Positions 55,533 through 64,000 of a stretch of DNA of 64,000 nucleotides are shown here, one piece after another. Source of the stretch: Bdellovibrionales bacterium. Its GTDB lineage: Bacteria > Bdellovibrionota > Bdellovibrionia > Bdellovibrionales > JAGQZY01. The notes beneath the pieces were generated by a model, which saw only the letters and a program-made list of their open reading frames with translations, ran no database searches and was not told where the DNA came from. Numbering within the stretch: position 1 is the first letter of the stretch; every line of letters begins with the position of its first letter. The position numbers and the translations under genes are program-made. Location: positions 34,663 through 98,662 of the forward strand of contig JANOYW010000091.1 of assembly GCA_031429075.1 (NCBI GenBank), given 5' to 3'.

Positions 55533-57209
55533 GTGTCTAAAAATAATCTTGCAGAAGTTAAAAAACCAAGTGGTAAGTTGGCTCACGTTCAGGCCAATCG
55601 CCGAACCAATGAGTCACTCACAGCCGCCGCCGAACGCTTGGGCGTGACCCAGCAACAATTGGGTGAAGAACTTGGTGAGTTTTATCAAATGCCATTCATC
55701 GATCTTTCTGATTTTGAAATCGATCAAGCAGCCATCGCTGCTTTAAGCGTAGAGCAATGTAGAAAATATTCCGTCATGCCTTTATCTCGGGCGGGAAATA
55801 CTCTAGTGGTTGCCTTCTCCGATCCCACCAATTTGTTCATGCGAGATGATATTTCGTACATTACGAAATGCAAAATTGAGCCGGTTGTGGCCACAGAAAG
55901 TGGCATCCAAAAAGCGATTGCGAAATACTATGCAAAAGCAGAGGTGCAAGAAGATTACCTAAATGACTTTGGAGATGAAGATATCCAAGAGGAGACCAAA
56001 AGCACGCACATCGGATCAAATCCTGCTGATGAAGCGCCTGTCGTCAAGTTCGTAAATATGATGCTGACTGAAGCTGTGAAAGAAAACGCTTCTGATATCC
56101 ATGTTGAACCCTACGAAAAAAGCATTCGCATTCGTTTTCGCAAAGATGGCCAGTTATTCGAAAAATACAGACCACCAAACAATATTGCCTCGGCGATTTC
56201 GTCACGTCTCAAAGTCATGGCCAAAATGGATTTGGCTGAAAGAAGAAAACCACAGGATGGCCGTATTAAGCTGAAGTTTAAAGACAAAGGCGATGTGGAT
56301 TTTCGAGTGAACGTATTGCCTGTGGTCGATGGTGAAAAAGTGGTTATGCGGATTATGGATAAATCCAAAATCACCAATATTAAGCTGACAGAGCTTGGCT
56401 TTACAAATGATCAGTACTTAGTACTGCAAGCTGTTCTTCAAAAACCGCAAGGTCTTGTATTGGTTACTGGGCCGACAGGTAGCGGTAAAACAACAACGCT
56501 CTATGCCTCTCTGCAAGAAATCCATGATACGACAATCAATATCAGCACGGCTGAGGACCCGGTTGAATTTAAATTGACCGGAATCAATCAAACGCAGGTG
56601 CAGCCAGACATCGGATATACTTTTGCCGAAGCTCTAAGGGCGTTTTTACGTCAAGATCCCGATGTGATTTTGGTGGGAGAGATCCGCGATACAGAAACTG
56701 CAGAGATTTCTTTTAAAGCGGCCTCAACTGGTCACTTGGTGCTGAGCACTCTTCATACAAACGATGCACCGGGGACAGTCTCTCGTCTGATTGAAATGGG
56801 TATTCCAGGATATATGATTACCTCCACGGTGGAAATTATATTGGCGCAACGCTTGGTTGGAAAAATATGTCCCGCTTGCAAAACGGAAGATCGCGTAGAT
56901 ACGGGCTTACTGCTAAAGCTCAATTTGCAAGCGAAGGATCTCAAGGATATTAAGTTTTACAAAGGGCAAGGTTGTGAAACCTGCTCCGGTACGGGAATTA
57001 AAGGGCGAGTCGCAATTTACGAATTTTTGCCAATTTCTGATGAGATCAAAGAGGCCGTCATGGCAAATGCAACACCTCTTGAACTCAAGCGGGCGGCCAT
57101 CCGCGGCGGAATGAAGTCGTTGAGAATGTCGGCCGTGGAAAAAGCGAAACTAGGTTTGATTTCATTGATGGAAGTTCTCAACAGCACCATGCAGGATCCT
57201 AAATTATGA
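55533..57209 (+). CDS. pilB: Type IV pilus assembly ATPase PilB (GspE family)
   Basis: N-terminal GSPII domain, Walker A GPTGSGKTT, tetracysteine CPACK...CETCSGTG. GTG start with AAGGAG upstream. Confidence 0.92.
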   Translation: MSKNNLAEVKKPSGKLAHVQANRRTNESLTAAAERLGVTQQQLGEELGEFYQMPFIDLSDFEIDQAAIAALSVEQCRKYSVMPLSRAGNTLVVAFSDPTNLFMRDDISYITKCKIEPVVATESGIQKAIAKYYAKAEVQEDYLNDFGDEDIQEETKSTHIGSNPADEAPVVKFVNMMLTEAVKENASDIHVEPYEKSIRIRFRKDGQLFEKYRPPNNIASAISSRLKVMAKMDLAERRKPQDGRIKLKFKDKGDVDFRVNVLPVVDGEKVVMRIMDKSKITNIKLTELGFTNDQYLVLQAVLQKPQGLVLVTGPTGSGKTTTLYASLQEIHDTTINISTAEDPVEFKLTGINQTQVQPDIGYTFAEALRAFLRQDPDVILVGEIRDTETAEISFKAASTGHLVLSTLHTNDAPGTVSRLIEMGIPGYMITSTVEIILAQRLVGKICPACKTEDRVDTGLLLKLNLQAKDLKDIKFYKGQGCETCSGTGIKGRVAIYEFLPISDEIKEAVMANATPLELKRAAIRGGMKSLRMSAVEKAKLGLISLMEVLNSTMQDPKL

Positions 57210-58270
57210 TTACGTTGATTCAATTACTCAAGTTGACTTCTGAGCAGGGTGCATCTGATTTGCACATTGTGGCGGGTAGCCCCCCGTGTTTGCGCGTTGA
57301 AGGGCGAGTGATTCGAGTTAAAAGTAGTAGCTTGAATGCCGAGGACACGCGTCGCCTCTGTTATTCTGTGCTCAATGATGCGCAAAAGAGTCGGTTTGAG
57401 CAAGAAAAGGAATTGGATTTCAGTTTCGAAGTGAAAGGCTTGTGTCGCTTTCGTGGTAATTTGTTTTTTCAGAAAAACTCACTGTCAGGAGTTTTTCGTC
57501 GCGTGCCCAATCATATTCCCAATTATTTAGACTTAGGCCTGCCGCCTGCTATTCCTAAGTTGACCGGACTTGCTAACGGATTGGTACTGGTCACCGGGCC
57601 AACGGGCTCTGGAAAAACCACAACGATTGCCTCGCTGATCGACAAAATTAACCAAGAAAAAGAGGGTCACATCGTAACTCTCGAAGATCCCATCGAATTT
57701 ATGCATCCGCATAAAAACTGTATTGTGAATCAGCGAGAAGTGGGTGTGGACTCCTTATCTTATTCTGAAGGTTTAAGACGTTTGATGCGTCAGGATCCTG
57801 ATTATTGCTTGATTGGCGAGATTCGCGATGAAGATACGGTGGAGACGGCGTTAAAACTCGCCGAAACGGGCCATTTAGTTTTTGCAACATTGCACACCAA
57901 TTCGGCAGTGCAAACGATCAATCGTGTTGTGAGTATTTTTCCTTCCGATCAACAGGAGCGAATTCGCGTTGTTTTGAGTTTTACTTTGCAAGCCGTCGTC
58001 AGCCAAAGGCTGATTGTGAGCACGACGGGTAAGCGCATTCTTGCCTGTGAATTCTTGTTGCTCAATGCTGGGATTCGTAATTTGATAAGAGAAGGAAAAC
58101 TGCATCAAGTTCAGAATATGATGGAAGTTGGTCAAGAACGATCAGGAATGATAACTTTAAATCAAACTCTTTGTGATTTAATTCGCGCCAGTCGCATCAC
58201 AGAGAAAGAAGCCTATGCCTGTACCAATAACCCAGATGATCTATTCAAGTTACTACAACGAGGAGCCTAA
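57206..58270 (+). CDS. pilT: Type IV pilus retraction ATPase PilT
   Basis: Walker A GPTGSGKTTT, and the PilT-type AIRNLIREGK motif appears here as GIRNLIREGK. Length 354 aa. Confidence 0.92.
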   Translation: MITLIQLLKLTSEQGASDLHIVAGSPPCLRVEGRVIRVKSSSLNAEDTRRLCYSVLNDAQKSRFEQEKELDFSFEVKGLCRFRGNLFFQKNSLSGVFRRVPNHIPNYLDLGLPPAIPKLTGLANGLVLVTGPTGSGKTTTIASLIDKINQEKEGHIVTLEDPIEFMHPHKNCIVNQREVGVDSLSYSEGLRRLMRQDPDYCLIGEIRDEDTVETALKLAETGHLVFATLHTNSAVQTINRVVSIFPSDQQERIRVVLSFTLQAVVSQRLIVSTTGKRILACEFLLLNAGIRNLIREGKLHQVQNMMEVGQERSGMITLNQTLCDLIRASRITEKEAYACTNNPDDLFKLLQRGA

Positions 58271-59520
58271 TGGCTGTATTTAACTATCAGGCGAGAGCCC
58301 TCAACGGATCTGCAGTTCAAGGGCAGGTCGAGGCAGCCAGCGAAAACGAAGCGCGCGTTAAAATCCGCGCGAACCGATTGATTCCGCTCAAGCTAGAGAT
58401 GACAAGTGGCGGACCGTCTGCAGCGAGCTCTTCGGCACCTTCGAGTAAAAAAACTGGGGGGATCAACTTTTCAATGGGGCCTGGGAAAGTAAAACCCAAG
58501 GACCTGCAAAACTTCACACGCCAGCTCGCTGTGCTTGTCGGAGCCGGCGTGGCCATCATTCCCTCACTAGAGGCGCTGGCAACAGGACAAAAAAGCCCGG
58601 TATTTAGAAAAGCCATCACCGAGGTCTGCCAAGATATTTCCACAGGAAAAAAAATGGGACAAGCTTTTGCTCGGCAAGGGCACGTGTTTGATAAATTCTA
58701 TATTAATATGATTGTGGCCGGAGAAGAGGGCGGGGTTTTAGAAATCGTTCTCAAAAGACTTGCGGATTACATTGAAAAAGCGGTTAAAATTCAAGGAAAA
58801 ATCAAAGGTGCGTTGGTTTACCCGATTGCAGTTTTAGTTATTTCGTTGCTCATCATTACCGGGTTATTAATTTTTGTGGTTCCCAAATTTGCCGAACTTT
58901 TTATGGGCTCGGGGATGAAGTTGCCATTTTTAACCCAGTTGATGATGGATATGAGTGCGTTTATGCAGAGAACATGGTGGATGTTCGGCGTAGGTATTTT
59001 TGTGCTGGTACAGGGAACTAAAGCTTACTATGCCACCTCCTCGGGACGACAGGTGATCGATGCACTTTTGATTCGTGCACCTCTCTTTGGAAATTTGATC
59101 ATTAAAGGTGGCCTTGCAAAGTTCACGCGAACACTTTCAACTCTGCTCAACGCGGGGGTCTCCATCATGGACGCCATGGATATCGGCGCTCAGGTGTCGG
59201 GAAATTATGTGATTGAAGTGGCCATTGTGAAAGCTAAGGACGCGATTGCTTCGGGAAAGTCCATTGCCACACCGTTTTCGCAGGATAAAATGTTTCCTCC
59301 TTTGGTGGTGCAAATGATGGCGGTGGGCGAAGCAACCGGTGCTTTGGATCAAATGTTGTCGAAGATCGCCGATTTTTTTGAGGACGAAGTAGAAACCATC
59401 GTATCAAGTATTACAACCCTCATTGAGCCCATTATGATCGTGGTTCTTGGGGGGATCGTGGCGTGTCTTGTTTTGGCGATGTATATGCCTATTTTCCAAA
59501 TGGCGGGCGGCGTTCAGTAG
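58270..59520 (+). CDS. pilC: Type IV pilus platform protein PilC (GspF family)
   Basis: Duplicated GspF/T2SSF domains with three TM segments, in conserved position after pilB and pilT. Confidence 0.9.
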   Translation: MAVFNYQARALNGSAVQGQVEAASENEARVKIRANRLIPLKLEMTSGGPSAASSSAPSSKKTGGINFSMGPGKVKPKDLQNFTRQLAVLVGAGVAIIPSLEALATGQKSPVFRKAITEVCQDISTGKKMGQAFARQGHVFDKFYINMIVAGEEGGVLEIVLKRLADYIEKAVKIQGKIKGALVYPIAVLVISLLIITGLLIFVVPKFAELFMGSGMKLPFLTQLMMDMSAFMQRTWWMFGVGIFVLVQGTKAYYATSSGRQVIDALLIRAPLFGNLIIKGGLAKFTRTLSTLLNAGVSIMDAMDIGAQVSGNYVIEVAIVKAKDAIASGKSIATPFSQDKMFPPLVVQMMAVGEATGALDQMLSKIADFFEDEVETIVSSITTLIEPIMIVVLGGIVACLVLAMYMPIFQMAGGVQ

Positions 59521-59535
59521 TAAGGACACATTTTC

Positions 59536-61134
59536 ATGAGCACTCAAGAAAAGAGTTTTGATTTTTCGCAAAGTCGCAGTCAGATATTGACCGTGCAGAG
59601 TGTGCGCATCTTTTTTCTGACTGTGGTCTTTCTGGCTTTTTTAGCCTACCAATTGGTAAACACACACTTTATCGCACAGGGTGTGTTCTTTTCGGTTTAC
59701 GGCCTGCTTACGTTTTCGTTTTTATTAAACTTTATTTATATTCTACTATTTCAGGAAAAAAACTCCTGGATTGGCTTTTTCACAGCTCTGCTATTTGTTT
59801 GGGAAGTATTTTTTGTAACTCTCCTTATCTATTTTATCGGCGTGAACCAATCGCTGCTCATTTTCCTGTACCTCATCAATATCATTTTGTGCGGCATCGT
59901 TTTTAAAAGACGGGGTGGTGTTTACCTCGCACTCGTGACCTCCATTTGTTTTAGTTTTTTGCTGGCGTCCGATCCCCAATGGCAAGGAAACACCTTGTAT
60001 ATGGCTACGGGAATCAACAATCTTGCCTTTTTTGCGGTGGCTTATCTTTCGGGTTACTTGAGCGAGCAATTGAATGTGATGGGGCTGGAACTCTTGGAAA
60101 GAGGGCGTGACATTCGCGCGTTAAAAAATCTTAATTCTCTGATTATCGAAGGCATGCCCTCCGGGCAAATGACGATTGATAGTAAAGGAATTATTTTGCA
60201 GGCTAACGAGCAGGCACAAAAAATCTTTGGCAAAACTGCAGCAACAATACTCAATCAAAATATTCAAACACTCATCCCGCCCTTTCAGGATTTTATTTCT
60301 CGAATCACCTCGGGCCCCTCGGCCGAGATCCATACGCAGGACGATCGTATTTTGCGACTGTCCTTTTCGCCTTTGAGTGATGATCAGGGCGTGCGCTTGG
60401 GATCTATTCTACTGATTGATGATATTACCAGTTTTAAAAAACTCGAAACTCGCGTGATGCAGAGTGAAAAGCTCGCCGCAGTGGGGCAGCTCGCCGCCGG
60501 TATTGCCCACGAAATACGTAACCCCTTGGCGGGCATCAGTGGGAGTGTTCAGCTTTTGCAGTCAGAAGCGTCGATGAACCAGGATCAAAAAAAGTTAATG
60601 TCCATTGCGATCAAAGAAATTGATCGCCTCAATCACCTTATCACTGAATTTTTGGACTACGCGCGACCGGTTGGTGCCGAGCTCACGAAAATTAATTTTT
60701 CAATTTTGCTAGAAGAAACCTTAGATTCTCTACGCAATGATCCCATTGCCAAGCACATTGCCATTGAAAAAAATCTTGATCCAGGCCTTCATATTCTGGG
60801 CCACGGCGACAAGTTAAAACAAGCCTTGCTCAATATTTTGGTCAATGCCATCCAATCTATGGAGTCGACGACCAAAAAAACACTCACCGTTCGACTGTTT
60901 CAGCACGACAGCTCAGTGACCTTGGTGATTCAGGATACCGGCGTTGGGATTTCTGAGAAAAATATAAAAAAGATTTTTGAGCCGTTCCACACAACTAAAG
61001 TCAAGGGAACAGGGCTTGGCTTAGCCATCGTGCACTCCATTTTAGAGGCCCACTCCGCTCAAATCGATGTGAAAAGTGTAGTCAGCGAGGGCACGACCTT
61101 TAGTTTGACCTTCGAACGGGTCCTGCCTTCTTGA
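59536..61134 (+). CDS. pilS: Sensor histidine kinase, PilS-like
   Basis: Multi-TM N-terminus, PAS-like segment, H-box HEIRNPLAGI, N/G boxes (NILVNAIQS, DTGVGI, GTGLGLAI). The pilS name comes from context with pilBTC and pilR. Confidence 0.72.
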   Translation: MSTQEKSFDFSQSRSQILTVQSVRIFFLTVVFLAFLAYQLVNTHFIAQGVFFSVYGLLTFSFLLNFIYILLFQEKNSWIGFFTALLFVWEVFFVTLLIYFIGVNQSLLIFLYLINIILCGIVFKRRGGVYLALVTSICFSFLLASDPQWQGNTLYMATGINNLAFFAVAYLSGYLSEQLNVMGLELLERGRDIRALKNLNSLIIEGMPSGQMTIDSKGIILQANEQAQKIFGKTAATILNQNIQTLIPPFQDFISRITSGPSAEIHTQDDRILRLSFSPLSDDQGVRLGSILLIDDITSFKKLETRVMQSEKLAAVGQLAAGIAHEIRNPLAGISGSVQLLQSEASMNQDQKKLMSIAIKEIDRLNHLITEFLDYARPVGAELTKINFSILLEETLDSLRNDPIAKHIAIEKNLDPGLHILGHGDKLKQALLNILVNAIQSMESTTKKTLTVRLFQHDSSVTLVIQDTGVGISEKNIKKIFEPFHTTKVKGTGLGLAIVHSILEAHSAQIDVKSVVSEGTTFSLTFERVLPS

Positions 61135-61250
61135 GAAATGCTTGCAGATAAAGTCGAGGCTGGAGACAATCATAGAGTCCCTATAAATCAGTCCCAGGAA
61201 TGCAGACGCAGGAATTCAGTCGCAAGAATTCAACAGTTTAGAGGTATTTT

Positions 61251-62663
61251 ATGAAGGCCCGAGTTTTAGTGGTGGATGATGAAGAATCCATAAGAGAATT
61301 TTTAAACATCATGCTGCGCAAGGAAGGTTACGATGTGACCTGCGTCGAAGACGGCCAGAAGGCCATCGATATTTTAAAGAAAAAATCCTTTGAGATGATC
61401 ATTTCCGACTTACAGATGCCGCACGTGACGGGGCTTGAGTTGCTGAAATTTGTAAAAGAAAACTATCCCGATCTTCTCTTTATGCTCATCACCGCGTTTG
61501 GCACCACGGAAACTGCCGTTGAAGCCATGAAGGCCGGTGCATATGATTATATTACAAAACCTTTTAAGTTAGACGAAGTCAGAATCAACATTGCAAATGC
61601 ACTTCGCAGTAAAACTCTTGAAACCGAAAATCGAAGTCTTAAAAAAGAACTTACTAAAGAATACAGCTTTCAAAATCTCGTCGGTAACTCGCCGGTAATG
61701 CACGCCATCTACGATTTAATCAAACGTGTTTCTGATACGCCCACAAATGTGTTGATCACCGGCGAAAGCGGAACGGGAAAAGAAATGATCGCTAAAGCGA
61801 TTCATTATAACGGCCTCTTAAAAGACCGAGCCTTTATGTCGGTGAACTGCGGTGCCATTCCCGAGACGCTCATGGAATCGGAAATGTTCGGTCACAAAAA
61901 AGGATCATTTACCGGCGCCCATGTGGATAAAACAGGTATTTTTGAAGCAGCCGACGGTGGCACTCTCTTTTTAGATGAAATTGGTGAGCTGCCATTGACC
62001 ATTCAAGTAAAGCTTCTTCGGGCGATTCAAGAGCGAATCATCCGTCGTGTGGGCTCCACCGAAGACACTCAAGTCAGTGTGCGAATCATCGCGGCCACCA
62101 ACCGAGATTTAGAGCAAATGGTCAAAGCTGGCACGTTCCGACAAGATCTTTACTATCGTTTAAATGTGATTCAGATTGAAGCACCGTCGTTGCGCCAGCG
62201 CCGCGATGATATTCCAATTTTAGCGAAACATTTTTTAAAAAAATATAACGAGCGACTTAACAAAAATATTTCCGGTATTAGTCAGGACGCCTTGGCGGTG
62301 CTAAAAACCTACGACTTTCCGGGGAACGTTCGCGAACTGGAAAATATTATTGAGCGCACTGTGGCTCTTGAAGCAGGAGCGTCGATTCTTCCCGAAAGTT
62401 TACCGCCGTTTGTAAAAACATCTTCGGGTGCAAAACAAATGGTTTCCAGCGATGGTATCGAGATAACAACAGAGGGTGTGGATCTGGATAAAATTATAGG
62501 ACAGATCGAAAAAGAACTGATCATCAAAGCCATTCATACGGCTGATGGAGTCAAAAAGCGCGCAGCCAAATTGTTAAGCATTACTTTTCGGTCCATGCGC
62601 TATCGAGTGGAGAAATATAATTTAGGTTCTATTTCAGAGGATGAGTTGGATGATGAAGCTTAG
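61251..62663 (+). CDS. pilR: Sigma-54-dependent response regulator, PilR-like
   Basis: Receiver domain (VLVVDDE...ISDLQMP), AAA+ domain with GESGTGKE and GSFTGA, C-terminal Fis-type HTH. The name comes from context. Confidence 0.78.
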   Translation: MKARVLVVDDEESIREFLNIMLRKEGYDVTCVEDGQKAIDILKKKSFEMIISDLQMPHVTGLELLKFVKENYPDLLFMLITAFGTTETAVEAMKAGAYDYITKPFKLDEVRINIANALRSKTLETENRSLKKELTKEYSFQNLVGNSPVMHAIYDLIKRVSDTPTNVLITGESGTGKEMIAKAIHYNGLLKDRAFMSVNCGAIPETLMESEMFGHKKGSFTGAHVDKTGIFEAADGGTLFLDEIGELPLTIQVKLLRAIQERIIRRVGSTEDTQVSVRIIAATNRDLEQMVKAGTFRQDLYYRLNVIQIEAPSLRQRRDDIPILAKHFLKKYNERLNKNISGISQDALAVLKTYDFPGNVRELENIIERTVALEAGASILPESLPPFVKTSSGAKQMVSSDGIEITTEGVDLDKIIGQIEKELIIKAIHTADGVKKRAAKLLSITFRSMRYRVEKYNLGSISEDELDDEA

Positions 62664-63285
62664 TTTAAAAGTGCTTAGTTTAGTTGCCGGATGTTTTTTG
62701 CATTTGGGCTGTGACAGCCTAGACACGTCTTACAAGATGGATAAAACTCAGCCACTTCCGCAAAAAAGCACCGCTTGCACAGTGGACTTTGCAAAAACCT
62801 GCTGGGTAGAGACCATGCAAAAGATCACGTCGTGTTTAACCAGCGATCGCCAGGGTACCTTTAGCTTTGATAAAAAATTCTGCACCAACCAGCAACAGAT
62901 GCTTGTCGACTTTGCCAATCCCATCGCCATGTTCGAACGCCCCTACGACGTTTTAAGCAACCCCGTGGACTTTCGCGTTCTCTCTAACAGCAAAGATGAG
63001 TGCTTTCGTTTACAAGGAACGCGAAAAAACTTTACGATCACCGTGGCGCAAACTGGGCAGACAGTGCATTTTGAAAATGATGGTGAGCAAATTCATTTTA
63101 ATTGTTTAGACGGACAAGAAATCATGGTGGAAACAAAAAATGTGGAAGGCTGCACAGACAAGCTGGGAGCGGATTCCGTGCCAGGCTTAACCCTAGACCT
63201 TTGGACCGAACAAAAGGTTGAGGCAGGGTGGCAACTGGACCTGCGCGGCGCAGGACTTGAGCCAATCTTTCGCTGCCGCTTTTAA
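62653..63285 (+). CDS. Hypothetical lipoprotein
   Basis: MKLSLKVLSLVAGC lipobox and several Cys. Overlaps the pilR 3' end, so it is probably co-transcribed. The start could be 62641-62653. Confidence 0.5.
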   Translation: MKLSLKVLSLVAGCFLHLGCDSLDTSYKMDKTQPLPQKSTACTVDFAKTCWVETMQKITSCLTSDRQGTFSFDKKFCTNQQQMLVDFANPIAMFERPYDVLSNPVDFRVLSNSKDECFRLQGTRKNFTITVAQTGQTVHFENDGEQIHFNCLDGQEIMVETKNVEGCTDKLGADSVPGLTLDLWTEQKVEAGWQLDLRGAGLEPIFRCRF

Positions 63286-63428
63286 TTTATCCTGACGAAA
63301 TCGTGATCAGTTTTTTTTCAAAACGCAGATATTTGCTCTGATCAGTTTTTTTTAAAAAAAATGGCGTCAAAATCTCAACGTTCTTAAAAGATAGTCGATA
63401 AGCCCTTTGTCTCAACAAAGGAGCATCT

Positions 63429-64000
63429 ATGAAACTTCGTCTCGCCCTATGTCTAGCCTTATTCTCAGTTTCCTGTGCGCAAAATTCAGGAGAATCTTTA
63501 CAATCAGTCAAAGGTTTCGAAAACATTCCAAGCAGTGAAGAGCTAGAAACTGATCAGGGTGTAATGACACCCGAAGAAGAAGTGGAGTACGAGAAGACGT
63601 ATTTTCCTGGTTCGGCAAAAGCTTTCACATATAAATTTTCACAAACGAGCTGGAAAGAGTGCGTGGATGTAGTGACAGGCAACTACTACGGTTACAAGTG
63701 CGCAACCTCGCGTGGGATTTCGGTGATGTTAAAAAGCTTTATGGATCAACACATGTACAAATGTGTCAATGCGGGCCTCGCAGCGCAGGGTGGTGGCACT
63801 GTGGACGACTACCATATCGTGCACGCTGGGATTAAAGGCGATCCAAATCATTCTCCAAAGAGTATGCATGCTGAGAATCGCGCCATCGATATTAAATCCA
63901 TCGAAGTGCAGTTAACTTCTGGTGCCGTAAAAAACTTTGTTTTTTCAGGCAGCTCCAGTAATCCGTTCTTCGGTGCCTTCCGCAGCTGCTGGGGAAAAGT
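63429..64000 (+). CDS. Lipoprotein with LAS/peptidase M15-like motif, 3' end outside window (not in ORF track)
   Basis: I translated it by hand as MKLRLALCLALFSVSCAQNSGE..., open to the window end. SMHAENRAID fits the SxHxxGxAxD metal-binding motif of M15/extensin-like peptidases, with G replaced by N. Confidence 0.5.
   Translation, partial: MKLRLALCLALFSVSCAQNSGESLQSVKGFENIPSSEELETDQGVMTPEEEVEYEKTYFPGSAKAFTYKFSQTSWKECVDVVTGNYYGYKCATSRGISVMLKSFMDQHMYKCVNAGLAAQGGGTVDDYHIVHAGIKGDPNHSPKSMHAENRAIDIKSIEVQLTSGAVKNFVFSGSSSNPFFGAFRSCWGK

Noticed and set aside
63287-63526. A 79-aa minus-strand ORF.
   Set aside because: It spans the T8/A8 intergenic repeats and runs antisense into the signal peptide of the 63429 lipoprotein gene, with no supporting features.

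Overview
A densely coding 64-kb chromosomal window from a diderm (Gram-negative) bacterium, with about 65 supportable CDSs and two tRNAs. I saw no rRNA, CRISPR array, transposase or integrase. Gene content and order (lolCD, bamA-skp-fabZ-lpxA-lpxB-lpxK, pilB-pilT-pilC-pilS-pilR, two sigma-54 activators) fit a Bdellovibrionota or delta-proteobacteria-like lineage. That lineage call is an inference and cannot be confirmed without a database search.

Layout by coordinate:
- 1-16.8 kb: redox, stress and transport genes. These include a metzincin-like protease, glutathione peroxidase, CPA2 antiporter, VIT transporter, DoxX pair, ABC-F, OYE reductase, PPK2, GFA, an RNase H-like gene, DUF2237, BI-1, an Asp-box lipoprotein, DUF1579 and GST.
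- 16.9-25.6 kb: tRNA-Glu and tRNA-Lys, purA, a serA-like dehydrogenase with a class V aminotransferase, lptE-holA, rpsT and murJ.
- 25.6-33.9 kb: the most unusual part. A 712-aa prepilin-type protein lies 44 bp downstream of a GT-C-like polytopic membrane protein, inside a cluster of four family-2 glycosyltransferases.
- 33.9-36.6 kb: an AT-rich two-gene islet (secreted Cys-containing protein plus DUF222/HNH endonuclease) bracketed by REP-like palindromes.
- 36.6-51.5 kb: mazG, ybeY, prfB with its programmed +1 frameshift, lolCD, and an outer-membrane/lipid A supercluster. That cluster has a Gfo/Idh/MocA oxidoreductase between lpxA and lpxB and lacks lpxD.
- 51.5-64 kb: a sigma-54 two-component pair, ribF, pilBTC-pilSR without a pilA, then lipoproteins including a 3'-truncated LAS/M15-like gene.

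All calls rest on motif reading of the supplied translations and manual sequence inspection. No searches were run.
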